From: Hemiscyllium ocellatum
Taxonomy: Eukaryota
Reading direction: 5' to 3'
Assembly: GCF_020745735.1 (NCBI RefSeq)
Contig: NC_083435.1
Coordinates: forward strand, 36,357,090-36,421,089
DNA: 64,000 nt
Of the stretch, positions 23,170-36,600 are shown piece by piece; within the stretch, counting starts at the first letter, position 1; each line of letters starts with the position of its first letter. The notes under the pieces are model-generated. The model did not search any database and was not told where the DNA came from. It saw nothing but the letters and a program-made list of their open reading frames with translations. The translations under genes were made by a program, and so were the position numbers.

Positions 23170-23873
23170 CCTCTAGAAAGATCTCAGGTTCTGAGATTAG
23201 GGATTGGAAGCTTCTTTAACTCCTGGTGTGATGATGCTGTCACTTTAAAAGGCTGTTTGTGTCTTAGTTTTTGTTTTGAAGAGAGGTTGTAAGGTAGAGG
23301 CACCAAACTCCCTGCTGATGATGACTGAGGTAAACCAGTTGTGAGGCCTTTGGGTGTTTTTTTAAGCTGGAACAATAGAAGCAGTCTGAATGGGCGTGGC
23401 CAGCTCTCACAGATCCAGATTTCTCAGTTTGGTTTTTTTCAGTTACATCAGAAGCCTTTGGGGTCTCAAACGAGTTGGCAGCTTCAGTGAGTGTCACCTG
23501 GCTACTACTCTCTACATTTTTTTCTTGATATTATTTCCTCCAGGATTGGAGAACTGCATGTAAAAATCTGTGTCTGAACTTACCTTTTTGCCAAGGTGTT
23601 TATAGGATGTTACAATATTACAGCAGTGAATTAGTAATAGGTACTGTATTCGGTTGCATTTTTCAATTGTTAAGTTATTCTAAATTTCTCTTTCTTTTGT
23701 TTGTATTTTAATTACAATATTTAAGTAAATTGTGTTTTGCTTAACATCGAGTTGTTTGACCACCTGTGTTGATCTGGAACACAGCATTTTCCATCTAGTT
23801 TTAAAATAAAAAGCAGTTTGGATCGAGGCTACCTTCTTCAAGTATTTTGAGGGGGCCTGGTCTGGTCCCTAAC
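23170..23873. mobile_element. Solo-LTR-like repeat
   Basis: Similar to 11260-11853 (TGTGAGGCCTT.GG...GAATAA/AACAATAGA.ACAG.CTGAATG...GAGGGG..TGGTCTGGT.C.TAACA). The left boundary is uncertain. Confidence 0.5.
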
Positions 23874-24650
23874 ACCAGAGAACTAGAAAACCGACCATCT
23901 CCAAACGTACTGCTGATCCCTCCATTCACACACTGACGAGGATATCTGGTCAGTGTGGGCTAGTTGGACTGAACACACACACTTGTTGTGTGACTCTTTA
24001 ACTCTTTGACTCCATCCCCTCAAACCCATGACCTGACATTCTGCAACCAACACTTGACCTCTCCCCAGCACCAACACCAGCTCACCGCCTCCTGAGGTCT
24101 GTCAGACTCGCAGTGCCTCATCCTGGACAGACAACTGGGACAGAACACAGAACTCCATAAATGGATACCTAACAAGGTCCCATCACCAGCCCACTGTGGC
24201 ACCCAAACACCATTCCATTGGTACTCAACATCCCCAACACTCACCAGTGTGTTCCCAAACTGCCCCTTCCCCTCCACTGGAGGAAGTGCCTTTCTGGGAC
24301 ACCTAACTACACCCCTCCAACCATTCACTCACTTCTTCACCTCACCCAAGGCCGATCTACCCCACCAGCACGAGTAAGGACAGGACACAGAGGTATCGGG
24401 GAGAATGGGAACTGAACTGTCTGGGGAGGTAACCCCCCAGGACAGGTACAACACGATGTTTATACCCCTATCAATGGGATCCTTGGTGACCTCACTGGAG
24501 AGTGAAATCGGGAGAGGGTCAAACCAGCATTTCAACCAATCCCAACAATTCCCAACAGCTCGGAGCAGTTAAAATTGTTCCCAATCAATACAGAGCTAGA
24601 AATAAATCCAGGAACAGAGAGAATCCTGATATATTTCCAATGTGTTTCAG

Positions 24651-24770
24651 AAAATCTGAAAAGCAATTGGCTGCATTCCCATCTTGGAAGTCTCATTGCA
24701 TCAATGGTCATTCTATTGGCTGTTATTGTCGGGATAGTCGGAATAATCATCTGGAAAAGGTCACGGAGAG
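24651..24770 (+). CDS. Class I gene 1 connecting peptide/transmembrane exon
   Basis: GTTTCAG| (E)NLKSNWLHSHLGSLIASMVILLAVIVGIVGIIIWKRSRR(G) |GTAAGA. 120 nt. Confidence 0.9.
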
Positions 24771-25269
24771 GTAAGAATCAGAGAGAGAGGAATGTGGAAC
24801 TGAGGGGACAGAGTGAGTGTGGGGGAATCTCCGGTACTGGGAGTACAGGGCACTGTGGGGAATGGAACTGATTGAATCCCCACACACAGATACGCATGTA
24901 TAAACATGTCTCGTTCACTGTCTGATCATCCTTTATGTGATTGGTCTGGACCAGGTCTAATATTGATCATGAAACCCACTGCACCCAATCAGATCCTCAC
25001 TGACTGAATATTAATGGAATGGTAGGGATTTTCTGCATCTCCATAAAGTGTAATGATGGACGGGAGTGTGGGAATGAGGATTTTGGACACAATCCCTGTA
25101 AAACCTTCCTTCCTGCCTTGTTTGAGCACCATCTCCTTGATAAATTGTGAAGATCTCTCTCCCTTAATTAGTTGGTGCAGTTTTGGATGACTTATTACTT
25201 TGGTTTGACCCTCGCGTGTGACTCTGATACCGATCATGTTATTCCAGGCATTTGGGTTGTCTCCATCAC

Positions 25270-25570
25270 CACCGTATTTTTAATCTCTGCCTCATGTAAT
25301 GGGATTCTGGGTCATCCCTTCTCTTGTTATCCAGCTGTTGACACTTTCCTCCCAGCGTCTGACACTTGTGATCACCTGCAGAGACTCCACTCACCCCATT
25401 TGGATGATCTTTTGAGCTCTCTGCCCATTGATCTCCCTGCTGATCAATTCGGTGTCTGTGTGCTTCTCTCTCACTTCACCTGAGGAAGGGGCTACGCTCA
25501 GAAAGCTTGTGATTTCAAACAAACTTGTTGGACTGTAACCTGGGGCCGTGTGTGATTTCTGACTGTGTTC
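25270..25570 (+). mobile_element. Penelope-type repeat end with a degenerate hammerhead core
   Basis: CTGAGGA-A-GGGGC-TAC-GCTCA-GAAAGCTTGTGATTTCAAACAAAC at 25480-~25525, the same family as 45890. Confidence 0.5.
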
Positions 25571-25686
25571 ACACGAGTCCAATACCAACACCCCCCTCAA
25601 TCTCCCTCCCCTCACACTTGTTGTGTTCACAGTCTCTGAGAATAGATTACTCCCCATCCTAATGGACATTTATTTTGTTTCTGCAG

Positions 25687-25719
25687 GTTCACCAAATGGG
25701 ACCTACACAACAGCTCCCA
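25687..25719 (+). CDS. Class I gene 1 cytoplasmic exon 1 (GSPNGTYTTAP)
   Basis: TTTCTGCAG| 33 nt |GTAAGT. A paralogous exon is at 57078. Confidence 0.8.
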
Positions 25720-25747
25720 GTAAGTGACTGAGGGGACAGAGTGTTGG

Positions 25748-26060
25748 GAGGTGTAGAGTAGATTCCCTACGGTGTGGAAACAGGCCCTTCAGCCTAACAA
25801 GTCCACACAGACCCTCCAAAGAGTAACGCACCCAGACCCAATCCCCTACCCTATATTTACCCCTGACTAACACCATGGGCAATGTAACATGGCCAATTCA
25901 CCTGACCTGCACACCTTTGGACTGTGGGAGGAAACCGGAGCACCCGGAGAAAACCCACACAGACACGGGGAGAATGTGCAAACTCCACACAGACAGATAC
26001 CCGAGGTGGGAATTGTACCCGGGTCCCTGGTGCTGTGAGGCAACAGTGCTAACCACTGAG
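25748..26060 (-). mobile_element. V-SINE
   Basis: GGTGTGGAAACAGGCCC...GTGCAAACTCCACACAG...GTGCTAACCACTGAGCCACCGTG. Confidence 0.85.
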
Positions 26061-26396
26061 CCACCGTGCTGCCCCTATTAGAGTGTAGAGTTATATTTGC
26101 CAGGGTGTTGCTCAGGGTGACGGATCTGTCTCCTCACAGTGCTGTTTCTCTTTCGTCCTGTTCTCTACTCCATGTCCCCAGTGTCTCTCCTTCGAACTGT
26201 CACTCTCCATTCCCTTCCCCCACTGCCCCTCCCTCCACTCACTCACCCTTAATTCCCACTGGGGGGGGCTCAGAGAGTCTGGTTAGTTAATGCTGAGGGT
26301 GATTAAATCCTGGGTCCAGTGAGTGATAGAGAATATCTCACACTGTCTTATTTTATATTTTATATAATTTCTCATGTTCTGTTTTTATTTTCTCAG

Positions 26397-26428
26397 CTTC
26401 TGAAGTCTCTGGTGCAGCTTCTTCATGA
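26397..26428 (+). CDS. Class I gene 1 terminal exon (TSEVSGAASS*)
   Basis: TTTTCTCAG| CTTCTGAAGTCTCTGGTGCAGCTTCTTCATGA. A paralogous exon is at 57609-57640. Confidence 0.75.
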
Positions 26429-26512
26429 TTCACTAAGTGACATGTCAACTTTTCTCTGGCTGAGATTTATTTAGATTTAGATTCTCGAGATTTATTTGTG
26501 ACATTTTCACAT

Positions 26513-27310
26513 CCCTCCTGACACTGTCCCACCCTCCCAGACACTGTTAAACCCTGTCAGACTAATTCCCCTCCCCTCCTGACCCTGTCCCACCCCCAGT
26601 CACTGTTAAACCCGACAGACTAATTCCTCTCCCCTCCTGACCCTGTCCCATCCCCAGTCACTGTTAAACCCTGTCAGACTAATTCCCCTCCCCTCCTGAC
26701 CCTGTCCCACCCCCAGTCACTGTTAAACCCTGTCAGACTAATTCCCCTCCCCTCCTGACCCTGTCCCACCCTCCCAGACACTGTTAAACCCTGTCAGACT
26801 AATTCCCTTTCCCTCCTGACCCTGTCCCACTCCCAGTCACTGTTAAACCCTGTCAGACTGACTCCCCTCCCCTCCTGACCCTGTCCCACCCTCCCAGACA
26901 CTGTTAAACCCTGTCAGACTAATTCCCCTCCCCTCCTGACCCTGTCCCACCCTCCCAGTCACTGTCAAACCCTGTCAGACTCATTCCCCTCCCGTCCTGA
27001 CCCTGTCCCACCCTCCCAGACACTGTTTAACCCTGTCAGACTAATCCCCCTCCCCTCCTGACCCTGTCCCACCCTCCCAGACACTGTTAAACCCTGTCAG
27101 ACTAATTCCCCTCCCCTCCTGACCCTGTCCCACCCTCCCAGTCACTGTTAAACCCTGTCAGACTAATTTCCCTCCCCTCCTGACCCTGTCCCACCCTCCC
27201 ATTCACTGTTAAACCCTGTCAGACTAATTCCCCTCCCCTCCTGACCCTGTCCCACCCTCCCAGACACTGTTAAACCCTGTCAGACTAATTCCCCTCCCCT
27301 CCTCACCCTG
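26513..27310. repeat. 61-bp minisatellite, ~13 units, downstream of the gene 1 stop
   Basis: Unit CTGACCCTGTCCCACCCTCCCAGACACTGTTAAACCCTGTCAGACTAATTCCCCTCCCCTC, with 60/61-bp variants. Confidence 0.95.
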
Positions 27311-28329
27311 AAGTGATTGCCTTGTGTCTGTCCATTCCTGACCTTGTGGGTTTCCTGGGCCCTGCTGCAGGACATTCCCGGAGCCTCATTGTGGAATAAC
27401 GGGAGTCTCCTGTTCCAGTGTGAACATGGACACTATTGTCCATCCTTCCATAACACAGCAGACACACAGAATTACAGCTCATTGCTCACACTCAATTCCT
27501 TCAGGACTGAGATCAATTTTTCTGGGAATGTGTTTCCACAGGTTGAACAGTGGATCCCAGATCCCCAGGTTTGGATCCTGATTCTTCAAGTGAGATCTTC
27601 TCAAGTCATGTTCCAATCCCGTCTCAATGTGAGCAGTGTCACCGTCAGAGGGATCTTCACGGAGGGTTCCTCCCTCACAGTTTCTCATCTTCACTGTCTT
27701 CAGTGGGTCAGTGATTGAGCTGAAATAAGGCAACGTCCTGAAGGAACTCAGAGACAGTTTTTATATTGAAAGAAATTGATTTTGCATCTGACGTTAACAA
27801 ATTTAAAATGTTATGTAAATCTTTGTACATAGAATATGTAAAACTGATATTTAAGTCTTAAATAAATATATAAATATTATAAATCTGAGTTATTAATGGT
27901 AGGTTTTAGTATTCAACACTTATCACCATTGTTTAACTACAATCACCAATGTGTCATTTGTAATCATTAAGTTATTTATTGACTTACTAATTTTGATGTT
28001 TTTATTAATATTTCACAAGAACGATTAGATTCATTTACACAGCAGCAGCTTGTGGCTCTTGGAATCAGCAGATGCTGAGCTTCAATTCAGTGTGAACAGG
28101 GAGAGTTAAGACCATATCTATCTGCCTCTATTGTAAAATCCAAATCCCAGATGATAACTCCATACCCGTCAACACAATCAGGGAAAGTCCATTCCCAGAG
28201 AGTGGGAACACACAAGTGTGAGGGAATGGAGATTGTGTCAGAACCTGATGGAGATTCTGGAGATCGCTTCCATTCCATCGATATTCCCTGAGGATGTGAG
28301 TGTGTGTCTGGTGGGTTTGATGATCAAAA

Positions 28330-30620
28330 TCACATCTGTACTAAAGGACATAGCTGCTAGACTGGGTCTGCAGCAGGTGGTGAGGGAACCAACCTGAGGG
28401 AAAAACATACTTGATTCCATCTTTCCAATCTGCCAGCTGCAGGTACAAATGTCCATGACAGTCTCAGTGAGAGGGACCATCACACTGTCCTTGTGGAGGC
28501 AAAGTCCCACTGTCACATTGGGAATAACCTCCATCATACGGAGTGGTACTATCACTGTGTTAAATGGAACAGACTTGGATCAGATCTAGCAGCTCAAGCC
28601 TGGGTATCCATGAGGCACTGTGGGCCATCAACAGCAGTAGAACCGTACTCCAGCACAATCTGTAACCTCATGGCCTGGCATAGCCCCCACTGAACCATTA
28701 ACACCAAGCCAGGGGATCAACCCTGGTTCAATGGGGAGTGCAGGAGGGCATGCCAGGAGCAGCACCAGGCGTACCTGAAGATGAGGTGCCAACCTGGTGA
28801 AGCCCCCAAACAGGACGACTTGCATGTCACATAACATAAGCAGCAAGTGATAGACAGAGCTTAGCGATCCCACAACCAACGGATCCGATCTAAGCTCTGC
28901 AGTCCTGCCACATCCAGCCAGCTCACTGGAGGCTCCACAAGTATTCCCACTCTCACTGATGGAACAGCCGATTACTCCAGTGTGAAAGATAGGCCTGAAG
29001 GTTTCACAGCAATCTTCAGTCAGAAGTGTCGAGTGAATGATTCATCTCAGCCTCCTCCAGTGGTCCCCAGCATTACAGATACCAGTCTTCAGCCAATTCA
29101 ATTCACTCCACGTGATATCAAGGAACAGTTGAAGACACTGGGTACTGCAAAGGCTTCAGGCCCTGACAACATTCAGGCAATAGTACTGAAGGGTTGTGCT
29201 CTAGAACTTGCCACTCCCTGATCCAAACTGTTCCAGTCCAGTTACAACACTGGCATCTACCCAACAATGTAGAAAATTGCCCAGGTATAATCTACCCTCG
29301 ATCATCAGTAAAGGGATGGAAGGGGTCATTAACACTGCTATCAAGCAGCACCTACTCAGCAATAACCTGCTCAGTGACGTCCAGTTTGGGTTCTGTCAGA
29401 GTCACTCAGATCCTGACCTCAATACAGCCTTGGTTCAAACACGGACAAAAGAGCTGAATTCCATAGGGGAGGTGGGAGGGACAGCCCCTGACATCGAGGC
29501 TGAATTCGACAGAGTGAGGCATCATGGAACTCGAGCAGAACTGGAATCAATGGGTACTGGGGGAAACCTCTCCAGTGGATAGAGTCATACCTGACACACA
29601 GGAAGGTGGTCTTGGTTGTTGGAGGTCAGTCATCTCAGCTCTAGGAAAGCTCTGCAGGAGTCCCTCAGTGTGGGGTCCTAGGCCCAACCATCTTCAGCTG
29701 CTTTATCAATGACCTTCCCTTCATCATAAGGTCAGAAATGGGGATGTTTGCCAGTGATTGCACAATATTCACTATTTGCGACTCCTCAGACACTGAAGCA
29801 GTCCATGTTCAAATGCAACAAAATCTGGACAATACCCAGGCTTGGGCTGACAAGTGGCAACTAACATTTGTGCCACACAAATGCCAAGTTATGACCATCA
29901 CCAACAAGAGACAATCTCACCACCACCCCTTGGCATTCAATGGTGTTACCATCACTGAATCCCCCCACTGTCAACAGCCTGTGAGTTATCATTGATCAGA
30001 AACTCAGTTGGATTCACCACATAAATGCAGTGTCTACAAGAGCAGGTCAGAGGCTAGAGATACTGCAGCAAGTAACTCGTCTCCTGATTTCCCAATGCCT
30101 GTCCACAAACAACAAGACACAGGTCAGGAATGTGATGGAATACTCCCTGCTTGCCTGGATGTGTACAGCCATCTCAACACTGAAGAAGCTTGACACCATC
30201 CAGGACCTAGCAACCCAACTGATTGGCACTGCATCCACCAACATCCAGTCCCTCCATCACTGACACTCAGTTACAGCAGTGTTTGCTATCTACAGAAATT
30301 CATCAAAGATCCTTAAACAGTGCCTTCCAAACCCACAACCACCTCCATCTGGAAGGTCAAGGTCAGCAGATATATGGGAACACCACCACCTTCATGTTCT
30401 CCTCCAAGCCACTCACCATCCTGACTCGGAAATATATCACCATTCCTTCACTGTCGCTGGTCAAAATCCTGGATTTCCCTCCCTCATGGCATTGTGGGTC
30501 AACCCACAGGAGGTAGACTGCAGCAGTTCAGGAAGGCAGATCACCACCACCTTCTCAAGGGCAACTAGGGACGGGTAATAAATGCTGGCCAGTCAGAGAC
30601 ACCCACATCCCACAAAAACT
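28330..30620 (+). mobile_element. Degenerate CR1/L2-group LINE (endonuclease end, RT, 3' UTR)
   Basis: Remnants: QVVREPT.GKNILD, FTPRDIKEQLKTL..AKASGPDNI, LLSDVQFGF, GMFASD, WADKWQLTF. The 3' UTR matches 4032-4670. Confidence 0.8.
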
Positions 30621-33600
30621 GAATCAATACAAAAACTGGGGGAGGGGTGATACATGGTTATTGTCTCTGGAGCAGGAACCCAGTGACCAAAGTATCATTC
30701 CAGAATGAGAAACCACTTTCTCCTCCAGGGAGTTGTTCAATTTTCACACCTGGATGTGACAGGACAGCAGAGCTTCGATCTTATCTATCGGTTGTGGAAT
30801 CACTAAGTTCTGACTCTGCTCCCTCTGCTGTTTACTGCATGATCAGTCCTGATCTGTCACTTCACTGACCAACACCATCACTTACAAGTTCCCCTCCAAG
30901 CCACTCACCATCCTGACTTGGAAATATATTGCACTTCCTTCACTGTCACTGGGTCAAAATCCTGGAATTCCCTCCCTAATGACATTGTGGGTGTCCCACC
31001 ACCACATGAACTGCTGCTGTTCAGGAAGGTACCTCACCCCACATTCTCAAGGACAGTCAGGGATGGGAAATAAATTCCAGCAGCCAGTGATTTCCACGTC
31101 TCTCCACTGAATAAAAAAGACATCATTTTTCATCTCTGCCTGCTCCTGCTCCTGTGATCCCTCCCACATTCCTCATTGAACTGGTATTGGTCCCCTGGCT
31201 TGTTGGTAATGAGAGACTGGGGGTTGGGTTGAGCCATGAGGTGACAGTTTGAATTGCATGGCAGTTCTGCTGGTGTTGATGACCCACAGGACCTCATGGA
31301 CACACAATCTTCATAGTTTGGGAGAAGATTTGTAGCTCGGGTGCTTGTTGTTGTGGTTCTGTTCGCCGAGCTGGGAGTATGTGTCGCAAACGTTTCGTCC
31401 CCTTTCTAGGAGACATCCTCAGTGCTTGGGAGCCTCCTGTGACAACCGGAAGCGGCAGAGACAAGCCACTATAAATGCTGAAGGAAACATGACAGAAGCG
31501 CTTCACAGGAGGCTCCCAAGCACTGAGGAAGTCACCTAGAAAGGGGACGAAATGTTTGCAACACAAACTCCCAGCTCGTCAAACGGAACCACAACAACAG
31601 TCTTCATCTGCTCGACCTGTTCACATCCCTCAGGAGGGGAGTGGGATGGGGGTGTGCCATGAGGTTTAATGGGGAAATGTCTTCTCACAAGATGGTTATT
31701 GGTAGGAGCAGGGTGCAGTGAACGGGCTGTATCCACCCCCCACCCCCCGCCCACACTGGGCTGTCTGCACCTGACTTTCACCATCAAACCCCCCCCACCT
31801 CTCCCCACACACACACACTGGGTTCTCTGTACCTGACTCTCACCATCAATCCCCCCCTCCCCAACCAATCTCAGATTTCCCGTTTCCAGACTGTTTAATG
31901 TTTTATAAATCCCAGCAGGTGCTTCCTTTCCTGGTAGAATAGCCCAATTCTCTTTGCCACATGACCCAGAACCTTGACCCTGGGGGGGTTAGCCTGGGTA
32001 TTTCTCTCTCTGCACTCCCCACTTCCACACTCCCCCCTCCCCCAGGGTCGGAGTGTCTCCCCTGTGACTGTGTCCTGAATTAGACTCAGTACCAGGAAGA
32101 ACACCAGGGTCCATGGGATTACCAGCCAGCCCAGGGTTAGCAGTGACTGATACTGACCTGTGACCCATGACCCAGGGTGACACCATGCCTCAGTGCTTAG
32201 CATTCCTGCCTCACAGCACCAGGGACCTGAGTTTGATTCCAGCCTTGGGTGACTGTCTGTGTGGAGTTTCCCTGAATCCGCATGGGGTTCCTCCGCGTGC
32301 TCCAGTTTTCTGCCACAGTCGAACAGGTGCACCTTGGGTAGATTGGTCATGTTCAGTTGCCCACAGTGTCCAGGGATGTGCATGTGGATTAGCTATGGAA
32401 CATGCAGGGTTACGGGATTGAATAGAGGGGAGGGTCTGGGTGGGATACTCTTGAGGGGGTCGGTATCGACTCAATGGGCTGAATGGCCTGTTTCCACACT
32501 GTAGGGATTCTATGATTCATGAATGGTCTTTAATCTCCCAGTTCCCAGAGAGAGAATGGAAAGCTGAATTCTGTACTCATCGGGAGGGACTCAGGGAAAA
32601 CACAGGGAGGGAAAGGAAAAGATCAGCAACATTCTGGGAATACACTGTCTCTATTCCAATCAGAGACTGGGAATTAAACACTCTGAGGGGAAACAGCTTC
32701 TGTTTACAAACAGGAAAAACCAGTACTACAACAATCTTTGGAGACTGCACCCTATTTGGTGAGAAATTTGATCCATTGTTTGATGTGGAGCTGCAGAAGC
32801 AGAAAAATGGAACAAATGCAAAGCGATGACCCGGTCCCAGTGACGGGGAAGCTCCAGCACAGCCAGGCTGAGGTTCAGGCTCTGAGACAGGAAGGCTGGG
32901 GCTGAGAAGAGGCCTCCTCTCCCCCACCAGCTCAGGAACATCAGGACAGCACTAGGACCCTGGGATCCCCCTCTCACAGTAAACATATGGCTCAGTCCTT
33001 CCAACTGGGGGAGGAGACGGTACATCGGGATTGTCCCTGGAGCAGGAATCCAGCAACCCAAGTGGAACCTCCTCCTCCTACATTGAGTTGTTGAATGACC
33101 ATGACTGGATGTGGTAGGACAGCAGATCTGATCTGTTGGTTGTGGAATCACTGAGCTCTGTCTCTGCTGCTCCTGTTATTTACTGCACACCTCGGCCTGT
33201 TCTGTAGCTTCAGCGAGGATCACCATCATCTGCAAGTTCCCTCAAAGCCACTCACCATCCTCACTATCCATTCCTTCACTGTCACTGGCTCCAAATCTTG
33301 GAATTCCCTCCCTCCCTAATGATATTGTGGGTCTGCCTCCGGCACATGGAATGTTCCATGAGGTTCACTGGGGAGATGGGTTCTCCCATGACTGCAGGGA
33401 ACCAGCTGAATCTCCATGCTGGATTCTCTGTACCAGACTCTCACCATCAACTCCCATACTGGATCCTCTGGAACTAAACGTCCCACACCACTCTCTGTCA
33501 TTAATCCACTCCATGAAGCCCCCACACCACACTCTTCGTTTCTCTCTCTGCACTCCCCTCCCTCCCCCAGGGTCGGAGTGTCTCCCCTGTGACTGTGCCC

Positions 33601-36600
33601 TGAATTAGACTCAGTACCCGGAAGAACACCAGGGTCCATGGGATTCCCAGCCAGCCCAGGGTTAGCAGTGACTGATACTGACCTGTGACCCATGAATGGC
33701 CTTAACTCTTCCAGGTCACATTGAACTGACCCTCAACAACTGCTGATACGAGGACCCACAAGCTGCTGAGTGAATGAATTCAACCTTTCTTGGGGAGTCA
33801 TGGAAAATGAACTCAGTCATCAACGGACAATTATTTATTGATGACCAACTACAATTATCAGGATTTATAGTCAGTTTAATGATATATACAGGAAAAGATT
33901 ATTTTCCCAAATGTATATTTGCTTTCTAAAAATTGTGAAAAATTCCGTATTGGATCCAATTTACATGACACATCCTTTCAGTGCAGTCTGCGGCTCTCTG
34001 AGCTGCCTCACTACATTTATAATTGTCGGTTATATTTTACAATATACACATCACGTTAATCAGACAGCTCACTCAAGGGGTTTTATAAGGCCATCAATCT
34101 CTTCCTGTACTGTGGTGGGAGGGCTGCAGACAAAGTCCTTGCCTCATTCAGCATCTGTGGGACTCTCAGTCCTGATTCGTTTTGTATGTGGTTTCCTTCT
34201 GTATCCTTGGAAGAGTTTCTGTGGAACACTGACTTCCACAATCTCCCAAAAAAACATTGGAACGTGAAACCCCTTTCCATGAAATGCCCCATTCTGCTTC
34301 TCACATATTATTGATGGGTGGGGTTAGGCTCTGAAAGGGTTAATGCTGAGGAGTACATGAAGCACTGCCCAATATGATGATGTCACATGGACTTGGGTGA
34401 AGGGATCAGATGTGGATGTTGAAGGGGTGAGACCCTACATGGATATCTCCCTCATCGTCTTTAAAACAATGTTCCCCCCACCCCCCACCCCCCACACCAG
34501 TGTATCCTGGACCGAGCTGTTACCATGAAGTAAACTCAGTCCTGTTTAAAACAAGAACCTGTTCTCATTAGCTTCTCATGTGGTTTTCCTCAACTAACCA
34601 CTTGACCAACTAGGTCCTGGAGATTCCAACCAGGAAAGAGGATGGTCATATTTAATCTCTCAGGTGGAACTGGAGGAGCTGTGGGGAGGATCCATCTTAC
34701 CTTACGTGTCTGAAAGGTCAATGGTTCATGATGTCAATCCCTTCAAACAGCCGTGTCAGTGCTCTTGAAGAGCTCGAGGTTAATGAGGTCTGGAACCACT
34801 CTGTGGTAGACTGGAATTTTACCTTCCTAACATCTCAATCGTTGCACAATGAAGGACCAACGCCATCCAGATAATGAACCATCACTGGATATCTTTATCT
34901 AACACTGTATCTATATCAGATTGTGTATGTCTCTGTCTGTCCATCAGTGTGTTGTGTGTGGGTACACACAGATGTCTCTGACTTTGTATCTATCCCTGTG
35001 TGTGTACATCTCTATACACTCCTGAGTGAACTGTGTATGAGTGCACACTGACATACCTAACGCTGATCTATATCTGTCCGTCTCCCTTTCGTTACCTGCC
35101 TTTTCTCTCTCACTCTGTGCAATCCATCTACTGACAGGGTCCTGCTCTCTGTCTGTGAAATATGGATCATGTATACAGACCACATTATGATCTGGAATCA
35201 CTTTCCCCTGAGCTACCTGACACTGCCAATGGAGACCAGGTGGTTAAACAAGATCCTGACACTAAAGTCCATCTAAAAGCTGAGCTACCAGCTATCGATG
35301 CTCTGACTATGAATCACGGTGACAATGTTCAGCTCATGTGGTTCCAGTGTCTGAGGATCCAATCCTGAAGATGGTCTTTTCTGGGTAATTTCAGAGTGAA
35401 CAGTAAAATTAAAATGTCTGTTTACAAGTGACTGACACAAAGCAACACAGACCTCTGTCATTGGGAACAAGTAGTTGAAGATGAGACAGATTAGATTACT
35501 TACAGTGTGGAAACAGGCCCTCCAGCCCAACAAGTCCGCACCGACCTGCCGAAGCATATACCACCCAGACCCATACTCCTACATTACCCCTTCACCTAAC
35601 ACTACGGGCAATTTAGCATGGCCAATTCACCTAACCTGCACATTTTTGGATTGTGGGAGGAAACCAGAGCACCCGGAGGAAACCCATGCAGACACGGGGA
35701 GAATGTGCAAACTCCACACAGAGAGTCGCCTGAGACAGGAATTGAACCCGGGTCTCTGGTGCTGTAAGGCAACAGTGCTAACCACTGTGCCACCATGCCG
35801 CCTATTCTGGCCTGGTGGATCTCGGATCCACTGTTCAATTTGTGGATGCACATTCCCAAGAAAAATCTATCTCAATCCTTTCAAAAAAAACAGTTATAGA
35901 GTCATGGAGATGTACAGCACAGAAACAGACAGTTAGGTCCAACACATCCATGCCGACCAGTTATCTCAAGTCATCCAGTCCCACTTGCCAGCACCCAGCC
36001 CATATCCCTCCAAATCCTTCCGTTTCATTTAACCTTCCAGATGCCTTTTAAATGCAATTGTACCAACCTCCACACTTTCTCCACCAGCTCATTCCATGCA
36101 CGTAACACACTCCATGTGAAAATGTTGCCCTTGAGGTCTCTTTTATGTCTTTCCCCTCTCATCCACAACCTATGCCCTCTAGTTCTGGACTCCTCTACTC
36201 AAAAATATTTTGTTTTATCCTATCCATGCCCCTCATGATTTTATCAACCCCTCAGGACACCCCTCAGCCTCTGACGCTCCAGGATTATCACCCCAGCCTA
36301 TTCAGCCTCTCCCTATAGCTCAAATCATCCAACCCTGGCAACATGCTTATAAATATTTCCTGAAGCCATTCAAGTTTCACAACATCTTTCTGAAAGGAAG
36401 GAGACCAGAATTGCATGCAATGTTGCTAAACTGGCCTAACCAATGTCTTGTACAGCCGTAACATGACCTCCCAACTCCTGGACTCTGACCAATAAAGGAA
36501 AGCATACCAAACGCCTTCTTTACTTTCCTATCTACCTGCAACTCTACTTTCAAGAAGCTATGAACCTGCACTCCAAGGTCTCTTTGTTCAGCAACACTCC

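Larger units (their letters stand above)
16517..26428 (+). pseudogene. Non-classical MHC class I heavy-chain gene 1 (probable pseudogene, or alpha3-skipping gene)
   Basis: Exons: leader 16517-16568/9, alpha1 17762-18022, alpha2 22195-22470, truncated alpha3 22587-22665, TM 24651-24770, cytoplasmic 25687-25719 and 26397-26428. Internal exon junctions are AG/GT, phase 1. Possibly the shark UEA lineage, which is not confirmed. Confidence 0.88.

Noticed and set aside
26513-27310. Regular ~61-bp periodicity (also 57692-58743) resembling a CRISPR array
   Set aside because: The whole unit repeats with no unique spacers, and the context is vertebrate with no cas genes. It is a minisatellite.
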